Shown here: positions 13,886-29,757 of the stretch, piece by piece
Position numbering within the stretch: the first letter of the stretch is position 1
Layout of the letters: each line of letters opens with the position of its first letter
From: the human T2T-CHM13v2.0 reference genome, Homo sapiens
Assembly (NCBI GenBank): GCA_009914755.4
Contig: CP086569.2
Location: 18,752,001 to 18,816,000, forward strand
DNA: 64,000 nt
Reading direction: 5' to 3'
The notes under the pieces: generated by a model
Seen by the model: only the letters and a program-made list of their open reading frames with translations
Told to the model about the DNA's origin: nothing
Databases searched by the model: none
Translations under genes and position numbers: made by a program

Positions 13886-15184
13886 TAAAATTCTTTCTTT
13901 TTTTTCTAACCTATCCTTTTATTTCTCAGACTGGCTGACACTTATGGAAAATAGAAAAGAACTGAGGTTGAAATATCGGGGGCTGGTTCCCTAATACCTA
14001 TGCGTTGGTTAAACTTTTTCCTTCTTCAGGTCCAAGCAAATGGGATTTCTGGGCATGTTAAAAAATGACCTTCTTTGATATTTGGGGTTTTGTAAAGACT
14101 GTTGCAGGGTCTAAAATGGCCTTTGTTTTATAGCTTATTTATAATGACTTCTAGCCCTTTTCTACCTTCTGGTTTGGGAAATAATGCCTCTGGTCAGAAA
14201 AAAAATAGTGCAATCCTTAATGTAAATACAGATGCATACAGTGGTTGTAGCCCAGCAACATTTCTCTGGACATCCCATACTTCTTAGTTAATATTAGTTT
14301 CCACTTAGTGGAGACAAAGAGTTTATCCTGCAGCCATTCATATGGAGGCTTCTATATAGGCCAAAATATCTCTACCTAGTAATAAAGTGGGACTTTCAGG
14401 AATTATTAAATTGGTATGGCTAAATAGAAGGTTGTTTCAACTATAACTAATGGGCTGAGAAAATATTCCATAAAGGACTTTTGCTGACACATCCATCATT
14501 GTCACATTATGGGAGGAGAGAAAGCCTAGATTGAAAAGCAGAACAAAGACACCCACTCCAGTTTTGAGAAGGAAGTCTACTTTCCTCCCTTCCACCTTCA
14601 GAATCACCCAAGGATTTTGAAGAGTTTGGAACCCAAAGACTATGGCAGCTGTTAGAGCTGGGGAATTGATCTCCAGGAACTCTCAGTCTTGCTGGACCAT
14701 TTGTGAGACTGGTCCTGGACTTAGTGGTGCATGCCTCATTAATCAGCACACCCTTCAGTGGTCACCACCACTGGTTGGAGAGTGTTGAGGTGGCTTTCTA
14801 TTGTTTTCTCAGCATTTCTTGGGAAAGTGTCCTGTCTTGCCACACTGATAGCAGTTAGCAGGTGCCACTCAGGGACTTGGATTTTTACAAAACTGTATTG
14901 CATTAGCTAGAGTCTCTGTTCTTCTTTTGTCTTTACTCTTCTTCTTTTGTGCCTCCTCATGTTTCCTATTGTAAAATCTGAAGTACCCACATTCAGGAGG
15001 CTCTTTACAGTGTTACTGAGATAAGAAAGCTAGCTTGGGTTAGGGAGGCAGCAAGGAAAGTGTCCCTGGAAAACCACCGTTCTGCAGGTTCATTTCTCAT
15101 TTACACGTAACACATAAGCAGCCTTAAAAAAATCAGTCTGCAGACACCAACAAGATAACTAACACAGAGGGTTGTATCTCAAGA

Positions 15185-15760
15185 TCCGTATTGTCACAGA
15201 CAGAAGAATCTTCAGTCCATTCAGAGAAAAGTCTTGTGCAAACTCTGGCTCATTGTGATAAGAGAACCAGCCATGGCTCAAAAATACCCTTGTATTTGTG
15301 TAATCGGTTGGCTCCCAGGAAGTAGTTTCTTGTCCATTTTTTTTTTGGCATAAACACAGTGGGTCCTGGTGGCTTCTGGTTGGCACATTTGTTTCCTTTT
15401 GGACTGTGAGCCCAGCCTTTATAAATTACTGTTTTAGTTCCTGATTAAGCCTGGGCCAAATTTTTGACCCAAGCTTTTACGTCAGCTCCTGATAGGTCAT
15501 GGGATGAGCTGAGCAGCAGCTATAAATTATGACTACACCTCCTGATTATTTCTAGGCAGATTTCTTGGGTTAAGCTTTCGAATTATTCTCAGGCCAAGAC
15601 CCTGAGCCAAGTTAAATTGCATGGTCTTCAAAGCAGCCCATTGACTAAAAACATTTCTTTCTCTTGCTAGTTTGTAATAACCCTGAACCCCAACCTCATA
15701 GTGGGAAACACATTTGAGTCCTTCTTTTGATTGGCAGAGAGCTTTCTTCTTGTGCTTTTT
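15185..15760. repeat. LTR-like dispersed repeat, copy 1 (family shared with 19330-19675 and 25965-26500)
   Basis: cttcagtccattcagagaaaagtcttgtgcaaac..ggcataaacacagtgggtcctgg..ggactgtgagccc..tggcagagagct aligns with 25965-26500 (~75%). Confidence 0.45.
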
Positions 15761-17779
15761 TTTTCTTTAATCTCAACTTTGTTTCTCAGCTTCTTTTTTT
15801 TTTTATTAAAGGAAAGATCTTTGGGTATAATTACAGACAAAGGGATACTCTTACATCTGGGTGCATTGGTGAGACTGCAACATATATTGGTGCATTGGTG
15901 AGACTATACATATGTTTCTGCATGGGCTGTGAAGGAAACAATTCATCAGAATGGTAAAAATAGACTTTAAACTTCCAAATTCATTTCAAAAATGTTTTGT
16001 TTATTTCAAGACTTTTTTTCATAAAGAGCCTGGCAGTCACATGAGATGTAGAGGAGATCCCAGGGACACTAAAAGTTTCAGCTTGAGGCTACATCTCAGT
16101 GTTATCTGATTATCGTTAGACTAATTCTGGTCTGTGACAACTCGTCAGGCCATTAACACAAGGACTTCCCATTTTTATCTATTGAATTTAAAATTTTTCT
16201 TTTCACAGCTATAATATCTTTCATATTTTTTTTCTATGCAGCGTTGTGGGCATTTTTACAGCCTCGGTATACTAGGTATACAGGTTTGCTTAACACAGTT
16301 ACTCCTTGTCTCAGTAATTAGTAGTGTAATTTAAAAAGGTTTGTTTTTGTGATTTCTGTGAAACAAGGGGAATTCAAGATTTCACTATAAATTGTTACCT
16401 ATAAAAGGGCCTTTTTGTCCCTCAATAACAGATAATCGTGGCACTGTATGGGAGGGATTTGACTGCAAGTAAATACTCTTTCCTTTATGTGGAATTTTTT
16501 ACAAAGATATTATTTTCCTTCACATAAAAGTTACAAGAGACAAGTTAATTTTTGCCTGTTGGGGGGCATTTAGTGGAGACAACCTATCTAACCCAAAATC
16601 TCTCTTTCTAACTTTTGAATAAAGAGAATTTTGTGTCAGAAATTTTAACATAGCATTTCTAACCTTACATCACTCCCTCGTGAAATGAGATTTCTTTTCT
16701 ACCTGGAGCCTTGTGAATCCATTGTCCAAAACTTACAGTTTTGAAATTCTTTTCCCATTTACATTCTGTCATCAGTGATTAGCCCACATATCCTATCTTT
16801 AAACAGGCAGCCCCCACTATTAATTATTGGGAGAAAAACAATGTTAAAGAGCAGATTTTAGCCTCTTTGCTTTCACCATCTAATGAAGGGCCATTCAGCC
16901 ATTCAGTTTCTACAGTTTTAAGCCACCTGTTCTGCATTGCAATAATTTTGGATTTAAAATGTTTGAAAGTCAATCTGTCTCATTCTCTGAGATTCTGATG
17001 TTTCACTGGGAACATAGTTACCAAAGCCAAAGTTAGTATGAAGACATTTCCTCTATTAAAATGTCTAGAACAAATTTTACTACTACATAACATTTGCAAG
17101 GCCTCTGGGGTAACTTTCAAGCCTTTGGGGTCCAGTGGGTCTAGGACAAAAGGAGGGCAGAAAGCTACAGCTTTGCACAGGTGAGTGTGGCTAGTGCTTC
17201 TGACTAGCTCCTCCAGATATATGTGTAAAAGCTATGCTTGCATTTCTGAGCAGCACCTATTACAGTTTTGGGGGCACAGATGAGACAAAGGAAAAAGATG
17301 AAAAAGGATACTGTAACACTTTCTATTTATCCTGTGTAACACCAAAAGGAGGAAGTCATCTGAATGACACCTTGTTTACCCTCTGTCTCTAGATGGCAAC
17401 AAAACATCTGTAGACTGCACTCCCCTTGAGTGCACTTGGGAGCACTGGGACTCCATTGACCTTGAGTCTCTAAATTTATAAACAATAATAATGATATTCA
17501 ACTGGCAACAAGGTGGCCATGTGGCCATGTTCCTGATAGGAGGACAGGTCTTCTCAAAGAAGCATAATTTCAATAATATCTAACAGCTAGGTCCTTTTGC
17601 TCTTCAAAAAAACCCTAGATTTTGTAAACATTGTAAAATTACCCCTGTGCCTTTGGGAACCATACAAGGTAAGTCTACAATACATAATTTTCCAAAGTCA
17701 AAGAGAGAAATCTCTAGAGAACTGTCAAATGCAATTTCTGAGTGCCCTATCTGACTCCTTTAACTGGGACTCAGAATAG

Positions 17780-18604
17780 TTGTATAAAAACACCTCTGGT
17801 TGTGCAAGCCCAGGAAAATTCCAACTTTACTGGTGCCCCTATAACAAATGCACAATGAATATGGTGCTACTAAGGTTTAAATTTCCTTCTCATTACAGTA
17901 AACTTATATACATAAAGCTGGACTTAAGACAGTTCCCTGATGAACCTGATAGACATGCACAGGCTTTCCAACATTTAAATCAGCTGTTTCCTCTTATGTG
18001 CAGAAATGCAGTGCAACTTTTAAGCCACATTTCAACTACTGCGGAAAAACAGGCAGCAGTACAGACAGCAAAGGAATTTGAAGATGAACAACTGACATCC
18101 TATAGTCAGTCAGAAAATAAACAGAAGCGAAAGATGAAAATGGATGAGTAAAGAAGACAGAATTACTATTTCCAATAGAAAGAAAAACAGTGCTGTTTGA
18201 AAACCCCAAATGAAGCCTTGGTAAACCTACAGATGAATAGAAATGAAAAACACTTTCTACTGTGCATATTATCAGGCTTCGAAAGAACCAGAACAAGACT
18301 TCTTAATTACTCTGAACTGTTCTTGTTGAAATCACAAACTAGAAAAAAACTCACAGATTCTTTGGAATGGCTGAGAGAAGCTTTAGCAATACATGTGTCT
18401 CCATCTCCTAATTTAATTAAGGGATACACAATTTTAAAATATTACTTTATTTCTCAGCCATCCTCTAATATCAGAACAAAACTACAGAAGCAGGCTGTGG
18501 GATCAGATAGCACTTTGAAAGACTTTCTGGGGTGGCTTTTATCTTTTAAAACAAGAACTGGGGAGAGGAGACCTAGAAAGAAGAGGGGAGTCGCAAGAGA
18601 ATGA
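17780..18604 (+). pseudogene. Gag-like ORF remnants of the same dispersed retroelement family seen in the inverted-repeat arms
   Basis: ...KLDLRQFPDEPDRHAQAFQHLNQLFPLMCRNAVQLLSHISTTAEKQAAVQTAKE parallels ...[55 protein letters not shown], which is translated from 10440-10620. Confidence 0.4.
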
Positions 18605-18907
18605 AAGAGGCATTACTGGCCTCTTCACAGGCCTACAAGAGCCGGAATCTCCAAGAGGCACCTGCTGATTTCTACTAGTGTGACAAGCTAGGACACTTTC
18701 AAATGAATTGCTCAGGCAGAAAAAGAATATATCTCAACTTTGTCCAGCCTGTGGGGGAGACCAGTGAAAGTAGAAGTGTTCCCAGAGCCATAGGTCACCA
18801 GGTCCAGTGTGTATTTCCCAGATTGTTCAGCAGGAATAATGGCTCCCCAGCTCTACAAGCCATTGTGATCTACAGGATTCAAGTAATTCTGGAGGTAAAA
18901 TGGAAAT

Positions 18908-18908
<1 letters not shown>

Positions 18909-18946
<38 letters not shown>
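18909..18946. repeat. (CAA)13 microsatellite
   Basis: Visible directly. Confidence 0.9.
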
Positions 18947-19329
18947 TTTTTCTAAATTCTAGAGCCTATTTCTCTCTTCTTCTCTCCAATCCAGGGTTCT
19001 CCTCCTCCAATAGTGAAGAGAGTTAGCTAGCTTGCCTTCTATAGACAGAAAGAGAAGTGTCTCCAGAAATTTCTCAGCCCACTGATCAGTGCTTCATTTC
19101 CACATAAGATACAAATCAGTCTGGAAAGAAACATTCAAGCAGCAGGCACCAATAAATGAACTAGAACAGAAAGTTGTGTCTGAAGACACGACTGCAGTTG
19201 CACAAATAAAAGAACCTCCAGCTCACTCAGAAACTTGCAGAAACTTCAAGATTACTCAAATGTGAAAACAAGGCCTGAAATAGAAATGCATTGGTCCATT
19301 TTATAATCAGTGGACATCCAGAAATATTT

Positions 19330-21097
<1,768 letters not shown>

Positions 21098-22546
21098 AAA
21101 AAACCCTAAATCCAAGTTTCACATTGGTTAACCCATTTTGACCACATCACTGCTGGCATCGAGCTTTTTTATTTCACTTACTAAACTTTCTCTTCAACCT
21201 TACTGCTCTTTAGCCTTCTTAAAATGTGTCTGCGATCTTTATTCTCCTAAGACATAGAAAAGAAACCCCCAGTATTACCTTAGATAAGTAGAGACTGTTA
21301 TGTGTTTGTGTACTGGTGAGATAACAATAATAGCAAGATTGTGATGGGCTTCCTGGGAATGCGCTAATGCTCTGCTAAACTATCTGACAAAAATTAAAAA
21401 TAAAAAGACTATTGGGTCTCAACATCTAAAGCTCAGCTCTCTCAGACTTCAGTACAGTAGCTGGATCTGGTCTTATCAGAAGAGACCAATGTACAAGGTC
21501 ATGAAACAATTCAGCCCATTTTTCTTAACAGTTAAGAATATTCTTGGGCAGTACTTGATTTTTCAGATGGCAGGTACCTCCGTACAGAGAATTAGCTCGT
21601 CTTTTATACCACCTCATAGAAGAAACTAAAGCAGATAAAACTCATGTTTAACTTAATAACCTGGTACTCAAAAAAATTTAACCAGTTAAACAAACCTTAC
21701 TTAAAGCAGAAGCCCTCAGTTTTTTCATAGTAAAGGCACTTAATCTCCATGTATCAGAAATAGAGAAAGCAGACGTTGAAATTACGGATGAGGCTCGAGG
21801 TCCAGATCAACATCCAGTGGTTTACCTAAGGAAGAAATTTAGCTTGGTTTCTAAAAAAAAAAAAATGGGCAACTTACCACTGAGCAGCTGCATCAGTGAT
21901 ATTGTTGGTGCCAGAAACCATCAGGTTAACCATGAAAATGACATATCTGTTTCTACACCACATAGCATAGCAGTACTGTGTTTCCTTAAAAAAGTCTCTT
22001 GCGAACTGACAGTCACCTCCTTAAATATCAAGCTTTGCTATTGAAGGGATCTGCAGCCCATTTGAAAGCCTGTACTTGCCTGAATCCAGCAGCTTTCTGT
22101 CAGGGGAAAGTTGAGTTGTTGAACCTGATTGTGAACACATAGTGGTGTAAACCGGTGAAATAAATAATAGACACTTCTCTTGATATTCTCTGTAAAGTTA
22201 AATTAATGAAAACACTCTTAGAAAGCAATTGGATTAATTAAAAATGGAGATTTATGCTATACATGTATTCAAGACGTTCATGATTTTCTCCTCATAAACC
22301 TTGTTTCCTTGAAAATGTTTTTTCTTTCAGTCGACTAAGTTACCTTTCTCCACTCAATCTTGACACTTTTGGTGAATGCATAAAAGGTTCTTGGATAAAA
22401 GCTGATGGTCAGGGACATCTTGAGGCTAACAGAAGAGACACCATCAATCGTCTTTTATGAGAAATCTGCATTTCTTATGTAGCTCTTGGAATTAGAAGTG
22501 AATAATACCTCTGAAAATGAAAGGCTGTCTCTTCCAGCTCTGCTTT

Positions 22547-22839
22547 TTTTTTTTTTTTTTTTTTTTTTTTGAGGCGTGGTCTCACTCTGTCACCAGGCGG
22601 GAGTGCAGCAGTACACCCTTGAATCATTGCAACCTCTGCCTCCTGGGTTCAAACGGCTCTCCTTTCCTTAGCCCCCAATTAGATGAGACTAAAAGTGCAC
22701 ACAAACATGCCCAGCTAATTTCTATATTTTTAGTAGAGATGGGGTTTCACCATTTTGGCCATGATCTCTTGACTTCTTGATCCCCAAACATGGGCCCCCC
22801 AAAGTGCTGGGATTACAGGTGTGAGTCACCATGCCCAGC
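22547..22839 (-). mobile_element. Alu (antisense, long poly-T lead; AluS/J-like and diverged)
   Basis: (T)~30 followed by gaggcgtggtctcactctgtcaccaggc... and ending ...ccaaagtgctgggattacaggtgtgagtcaccatgcccagc. Confidence 0.85.
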
Positions 22840-25800
22840 ATCAGTGAGGCTTTTTTTATTAGGCCCTGGAAACTATTCATAGCCCGTTTCTTAAAGGGCC
22901 ACAGCAAGAGGTCAATAATCCAATTGGAAAATTAGTAAAATAAAATTTTATGACTCCTGGAACTTCTGTTTTCTCTGTGTTTACATATGTGTTATGTATA
23001 TATTTTAAAAATCTAATTAATTAACTTAGTGAAGAATAGGTAGTTGAACTAAATATTTTGCTTCCAAAGAAATGAAGGCTGTTGTACTTCTCAGTTCATG
23101 TGACTTTAACTTATGAAAAACGAAAGCCACCGAAGGCCTGAAGATGTATAAAAATAACCACTCCTTTAACTATGCTGTAATAAATCATACTTTACCTGCA
23201 CCCAGCCCGTAATTTTATAAACTCACCAGGTTTTATAGTCAAGTTATTAATTGTTAAAAGATATTACTATAATGTGTAATTGAGAATACTGTATATAAAT
23301 TTAATTGCCAGGTGTGGTAGAAGAGTAAAATGTGTTTGTAGTGAGAATAAATTATAGAAAGGCATGGAAATGTACATTTTGCCTAGAGTTAAAGAATTTT
23401 CTTTAATTAACTAAAATAAAGCTGTTTACACAAATTGTGAGAAATACTGCAAAAAAATTAATCTTGCAAAAGAAAACCCTGTGAACCTACTAACTAGATT
23501 GAAAAGGGTATTATGTTTATTTCTGCCATTAAGCATTGAAGTGAAAACACAACAAAAATTTCTTGAAACATTAATCTTCTCTTTAGCAAATTTGTAAAAG
23601 TTTGTTAAAATGTTGTAATAAGTTTGTGAAAATTCACTTCTTTGTCAAACTTTCTAAGGTTAAAATAATTTTACATAAGGTTTCATTAAGCTTAGGGTTA
23701 ACATTAGGAGACAACTACAAGGGGAAAATTTGTCCTTCTGAAAGAGATTATCATGTAATATTGAAGGCTGATAAAAGTGTTTCTGCCCTTTCAAACATTT
23801 CTACCAACTGTATTTTGGCAAAACAAATGATTTATGGAAATCTGGAATTGGATTTCATAACATTAAGTGTCTTAATCCTCTAAAATATTTGGCAGGCTTC
23901 CCAGAATAAAATTTTAACTTCAAGGATGTATTTTCTGAACCCTATATTTTGGATGCCTCAGAGAGCCCCTGGGGCATAAAAGAAAAAGTTAAACAGGATT
24001 ATAAAACACATTTAAATACATGTGATTTTGATGGTAATATTTTATTTTTTTCAGAATATATTTTAGTGGGTAACATTAACACAGGGCTCAAAACCACATG
24101 AGGTTTTTAATGTTCTTAATATCTGAATACGTGCTACCATTTTTATTTAAAGTTATTATGTTAAGCTATTGTAAACCACGGAAGTAACCAAATGTCTTTG
24201 CCTATGCTGTTTCTAACCACACTAGACATTTTGTCATTTACAGACATTTAATCTTCATCAAGAATAACGACTTATAATTAGCTGTAGAACTGTACCAGCT
24301 GTTCTCAACTGTAGGTTTTTTTATAACAGGAAAATGTACAGAACTTAGGAATAGCTAAAATGCTTATAAATGTCAAGCAGGACAAATGTTAAAATAGACT
24401 AAACTAACAGAAGAATGAAACAATCTCTTTACCTTTAGAATATTTCTAATTCTTGTTTTGTTTTTTAAAGTCAAGTGCACTTTTTTTTAAACTAGCTACA
24501 GCTTTTAAAACTGTCAATTGGTATACTCCTGTTAGCAAAACTCAAAACATGCTTTTTTTCTCTGTGCCTAGTTCCTCTAAAATTCGGAAAGTATGTGTGA
24601 TTATTCTTAACTTACAACAATATAATCGTTTTACTCAGTGCAACAAAAATGTACTTTCATTTGCAGCATAACCCAATAGAATAAGCGGGTTGATTTCCAA
24701 AGGCTTTGACTGGAAGAGTGTGCCTTCTTTAATGACTTACATCTGACTTCTAGAACCAATAAAAGCCCTCTAAGAAACGCAGCCTTATACTTTGTTTACA
24801 CAGTCCCAATACAGGTTTTCTAATCTGCAGTAAGAGAAAAAAAAAAAGCCACTTTCTATCAGGCCTAGGAACCACATGCACTTGGAATCTCAAAACAATA
24901 GAGGAGTTTATCCAAATAATATGTATCCAAGGGTCAAACCTATAGTTGGACTCAGCTTTATAATGTCCTATTTAAGATTCCTTGTAGAATAGAGATTCAT
25001 AAAAGCCCATGAGGAAAGCACATGTAAAGGTATTTCTCACAGCACTGTACAAAAATATTCTGGCTAAGTGTAGGACAAGTCTGTTTTGCCAACAACTAAC
25101 TTTTGTCATAATTCGTTCTTAACAAAAATTAGGACTAAAACAAGATAGAGGTCTCACAGCCTATCACACCTCTATCACTAACTTCTCATCTCATACGTTG
25201 TTTTTAAGATGTTTGTACAATATTAATTAACCTTTTTTTTTTTTTCTGTGAACCAACTGGTGAGGTCCAGCTACCGTTCTTGGAAAACAGAAAGATATGA
25301 GTAATAGATAAATCTAGAACAATATTCTAATTCTGGGAACTCATTCCACAAATATTTGCAGGTCATAAAAGAAAATAGGGTTTCTGTAACAGAATTTTTG
25401 TTTCAAAGGATCAAATCAAGAAAGCTAAATAAATCCAAGTCTCATGTAACAAAATCTTAACAGGTGTAAATATAGCCACAGTTACACGGGCACGTCAGCA
25501 GCCTTGAAGTATTTCAGCTGTTCTTACTCTCCTTGTCTAGTTGTGATATGCTTTTTCTAATAATCCAAACTGGTTTTCTTTTTGTGCCTAAAGTCTATCA
25601 CACTTTAAAACGTAATGCAAATAAAACCATGCATTAACAGGCCTTTCTTCTACAAACAGTTAAACCAACCCTCAGTAGATCCTACATACTGTTTTCTACA
25701 CAACACTCTTCTCCAGCAGAAAGTATCCAGAAAGACCAATGCCCAATCTCCTAACAGAAGTTAGAGTTTTCATTTCTGAGGGAGGACAAAGACAACTTAA

Positions 25801-25964
25801 CCAGCTTTTCCCATGTAAACAGCAAGGAATGGGTTCCTGGAAGACCTCCAGTAAACAAGTAAGGGCCTGATTCCAACATAACATAATAACCAGGCCAAAA
25901 AAAACGTGTGTGTACCAGTAAGAGATTTAACACAGAAGGTTGTGCCTGACAGCATGGCTGCAGC

Positions 25965-26500
25965 AACACAGATAACAGAACCTTCAGTCCATTCAGATAA
26001 AATCTTGTACAAACCTCCCACTGATTCAGATGGGGAACCAATGCCTGGCATAGGCTTGTTGTTTTCTGTATACACAGAGGGCTTTCAGAAAATAAAGTTG
26101 TTTTTTGTTTTGTTTTGTTTTTTTTTTGTGGGCATAAACGCAGTGGGATCTAGCGGGTATTGGATGAAATATTTATTTTTGTATTTCACTGGTTGCTCAA
26201 CCCATATGAATCATCACTTCAGTCCCTGACTGGTCCTGAGCCAGCATCCCAGAACAAGCTTTTACTTTAGGTCCTGTACCAAGCTAAGCAGTCTTTGCAA
26301 ATTACCACTTCAGACTGCTCCCAGGCAAAGTGCCTGGGCTAAGCTGTCTAATAGGTCCTGGGCCAGGGCAAAGCTAAGTCACCCATTCTCCAAGACAGCT
26401 TGCAAACTAAGTATATATCTTTATTTTTTAGGCCATAAAAACCTTAAACCCCAGTGGACAACTTATTCAAGCTTCTATCTCTGCTGGCAGAGAGCTGCTT
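25965..26500. repeat. LTR-like dispersed repeat, copy 2
   Basis: Aligns to 15185-15760. It is followed immediately by the internal-like repeat at 26530-29460, giving an LTR-internal arrangement. Confidence 0.45.
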
Positions 26501-26529
26501 TTGCCACTTATTTAAACTTTTGCTCCAAA

Positions 26530-29460
26530 CAGTTTCCTTTGTCTACAGTCCTTAATCTTCTTAAATGTAAAATAAAAGACTCTTAGTGTAATCTCAAATG
26601 AAAGAAAGGCTGTTATGTCTTGGTGCATTGTTAAAAGAACAATATTATCTGAACCTATGACACATTTTTGCAGTTTTCTTTTGATGTCAGGGTCTGCTTG
26701 AGTAATAAACTTTTCTCTTAAGATTAACTTTATCTTAACCCAATAGGGAGATAGGAACATGTGTTTCACTAAAGCCTCTCTCAGGATTTTAAAAAAGGCT
26801 CTATAATTTTTCTGTGGTTTTAACCTATTATGAATAGTTTAGAGTAATTATGAAGTTTTGTCCTGTTCACTTATAAGCCTTCCAGTAGGCTCACTAATTT
26901 TTTTTTTCACTCCTCTATAGGACCAATAAGATTCCAATCGAGTTTTCAGCACTCCGTCCTTTCCTATTACGAATAAGAATTCTGTTATCAGTTCAACTTT
27001 TTTTATTCCTTTTCACCCTCCCTTTTTCAAGATTTTATAAAAGACATGTGGTTCATCCATGGATAACTCTGCTCTCTGTAAAGCTGCCTGCTTTAGGGCA
27101 ACAGTTAGGGTTTGGTTTAGCAGTAATGTATCATCTATTCAGGCATGATTGAACACTTGAGTTAGATTTTGAAATATCTCTGTATATCCACCAGGGTCGT
27201 CAGAGGACATTTGCTTATCTTTTTCATTTCTTTGTCTAAGTCTTTGCAATGAGAAGAAAACTTCTGCTATACTAGTATCACATCTATGGAGTATTTTCCA
27301 CAGGGGCAACAGTGAGGTTGGGTTTTCTTTAGTGGCACAACAAGACAAGATGATGAAATGGCTATTGGAGCTTCTAAATGAGGGTGGCAGGTATGACATT
27401 TAGAAGATACATTTGAGGGTTCCTCAGGGGCTTGTCTCTGACTTTAATGAATTATCTCTTTGGAACTTGCCTGTTATGACTGACAAGAGGGCAGAGTCAG
27501 TTTTACAATACTTAGAAAGATCTGGGTTGTCTCCCACGTCAAAGTAAGGTTGTCCAAAAAAGAAAAAAAAAATCATACTCTTTTCTTTGCCATCTGAAGA
27601 AAAGATATACCTGTTGAATAGTACTAAAGCGAACACTTCCCTCAGAAAGCTAGGCATGTCTGTCCTGGAGCTGGTAGGGCTGTCATGCCCTTGAGCAATA
27701 AATACATAAATAAGCCACTTTCATTTTTCAGAGTCTCACAGTCAGTGAAATTTCTGTGTTTCAGAATGTAATCTAGAGAGGTGCGTACTGCAGACAGTTT
27801 GTGAAGTTTCTAAAGAAATATATAAAAAAAATTCCTATTCTCTTTTTCCCCCTTTTGAAATAGCCCTGACTGAATAAAAAGATAGGATATTCCTTGTTTT
27901 TGCATTCCTCTTGTCTTTTCTGAGTCTGGTGACTGACATAGGTGTCCCCCATGGATGGAAGCTAAACCTTCACCCACAGTTCTAGAGGATCTAGACAGCA
28001 GGACAAGTAACATTTTCCTGCAGAGGCTTTAGCTCTCTACTGGTGACTCTTTGTTGATTTCTTAAGCCTACTCAACCCAGAAGATACCCAGAGTAACTTG
28101 GGAGCCTAAAAAAAAGATTATATAGTCATTGGATTCTAGCAAGACACTTGTATAGAGTAAGAATTTTAATACTATTTGTGGCTTCCCTTGCTATGGCCTA
28201 GAAAAAATACTGAAATTGCAGGAAATAAGATAGATTGAGTTGAAACATAAAATTCTCCGTTAGTTTAAATGTCAGTGCTGCTGGAGGAAGAAGGTGTGCC
28301 TCAAAGCAAGTAAAGCTTGTATGGCTGGCTTTCATAAGACAGCACTTAGCTAAAATATGTCTCTCAAAGACACCTTCTTTCTGATTATTGAAAGTGGAAA
28401 TTTTCTGTTTACTGATAGGGCACAGAGTTAGAGAGATATAACAGAGAGAGGAATTAAAATCCAAGGGTTTTGTGCAAAGTACTGACAAGCCTTCCCCAAG
28501 AGAAAAACCTCATTTTACTAGGTTGCATTTTAAGATCTCAGATATTCCATGAAAATGCTGAATTCCAGGTTTATATAGTCAAAACTTAGAAAAGGAAGGT
28601 TAACGCTCTATCGCCTGTCCCCACAGTATGTGTCTCTGCAGAAAAAAGAAGATGTGTCTCACAAAGAAACTGTTTAGATATATATGGCTGTGCTGAGCTT
28701 TTTAAAGAGAAGTCACCCGCCAAACAGGGAAAATTTATTGGAATGTATGTCATTCCCAACAGTGTCATGAATGTCTATCATCGGCGGACAAAAAGACCCT
28801 TATCCAATAAAAATTTTTAGACCACAATTTTGAATTCTTCCTCTTTTGAAAGAAAAAAAAAAAACACAAAATAGCAACTCTTTGAGTTATATTTCTACTG
28901 ACTGACTTTTACCAGTAAGCTTGTATCTCCAGGTCTCAACATTGCATACAAAGAAGAAATAGGAGGGACATTAGCCACACAATGACAAAAAACAAATAAA
29001 TAAAATGCCACAGAAAAGCCTGGAATTTTTGGTGGCAACACTCTGATGGGCTGTCAGAAACTGGAGTTAGTTTTGAGGCCTTCACGTAACACCGTGGTAT
29101 AGCCTTAACCAGAAATCTTCAATTAACTTAGATATCCTTTCAGTCCTATGTGACAGCTGGATCCTCTCTGAAAGAAAACAGTTGGAACAGAGGCAACATT
29201 TTCAACAGCGGAGGGTGAAAGGAGACTGCCAATGTGTCTCCCAGCATCCCTTTCTCCTAAGCTTTGTAAGAATGGCAGGCAATCCATCGGATTTTACCTG
29301 GCACTGGCCCAGAGCTTTGTTTGCTCTTCAGAAATTAAAAAAAAAGAAAAAAACAAATAACAAAAACAAACAAACAAAAACTGAGAACAAGCTGCAGATA
29401 TGAAAGCAAATAGAGGACAAGCTGAAGATATGAATGTAAATAGTTTGGAATGGCACCCCT
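26530..29460 (-). repeat. Third copy of the dispersed LTR-retroelement-internal-like repeat (same orientation as the left inverted-repeat arm), with a gag-like ORF remnant at 27139-27399
   Basis: 28000-29330 aligns to 6560-7800 (for example ctgattattgaaagtggaaattttctg versus ctgttgaaagtggagattttctg, and caacattgcatacaaagaag...cctggaatttttggtggcaacactctgatgg versus 7420-7540). The ORF ...SSNSHFIILSCC...SSDDPGGYTEIFQNLTQVF resembles the inverted-repeat arm ORFs. Confidence 0.5.
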
Positions 29461-29477
29461 ACTCCCTTTTTTTTTCT

Positions 29478-29757
29478 AATGGATTCTCTGTCACTTAAAC
29501 TGGAGTCCAGTTGCATGATCTTGGCTAACTGCAAGCTCCATTTCCCGGGTTTATGCCATTCTCCTGCCTTAGCCTACCAAGCAGCTGTCACTAAAGCTGC
29601 CCACCACCACACCCTGCTAATATTTTGTATTTTTGGTAGACTTCATGAGGGCTTCACCATGTTAGCCAGGATGATCTCCATCTTGATCTCCTCCTGATCT
29701 TCCCACATTGGCCACCCAAAGTGCTGCGATAACAGTCATGAGCCACCATGCCCAGCC
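29478..29757 (-). mobile_element. Old diverged Alu (antisense)
   Basis: ...ggagtccagttgcatgatcttggctaactgcaagctccatttcccgggtttatgccattctcctgcc...ccaaagtgctgcgataacagtcatgagccaccatgcccagcc. Confidence 0.75.

Noticed and set aside
21113-22500. Continuation of the LTR-like repeat and small ORFs (e.g. 21817-22044) after the L1
   Set aside because: No recognisable protein similarity. Similarity to the other LTR-like copies fades within ~200 bp, so boundaries cannot be supported.
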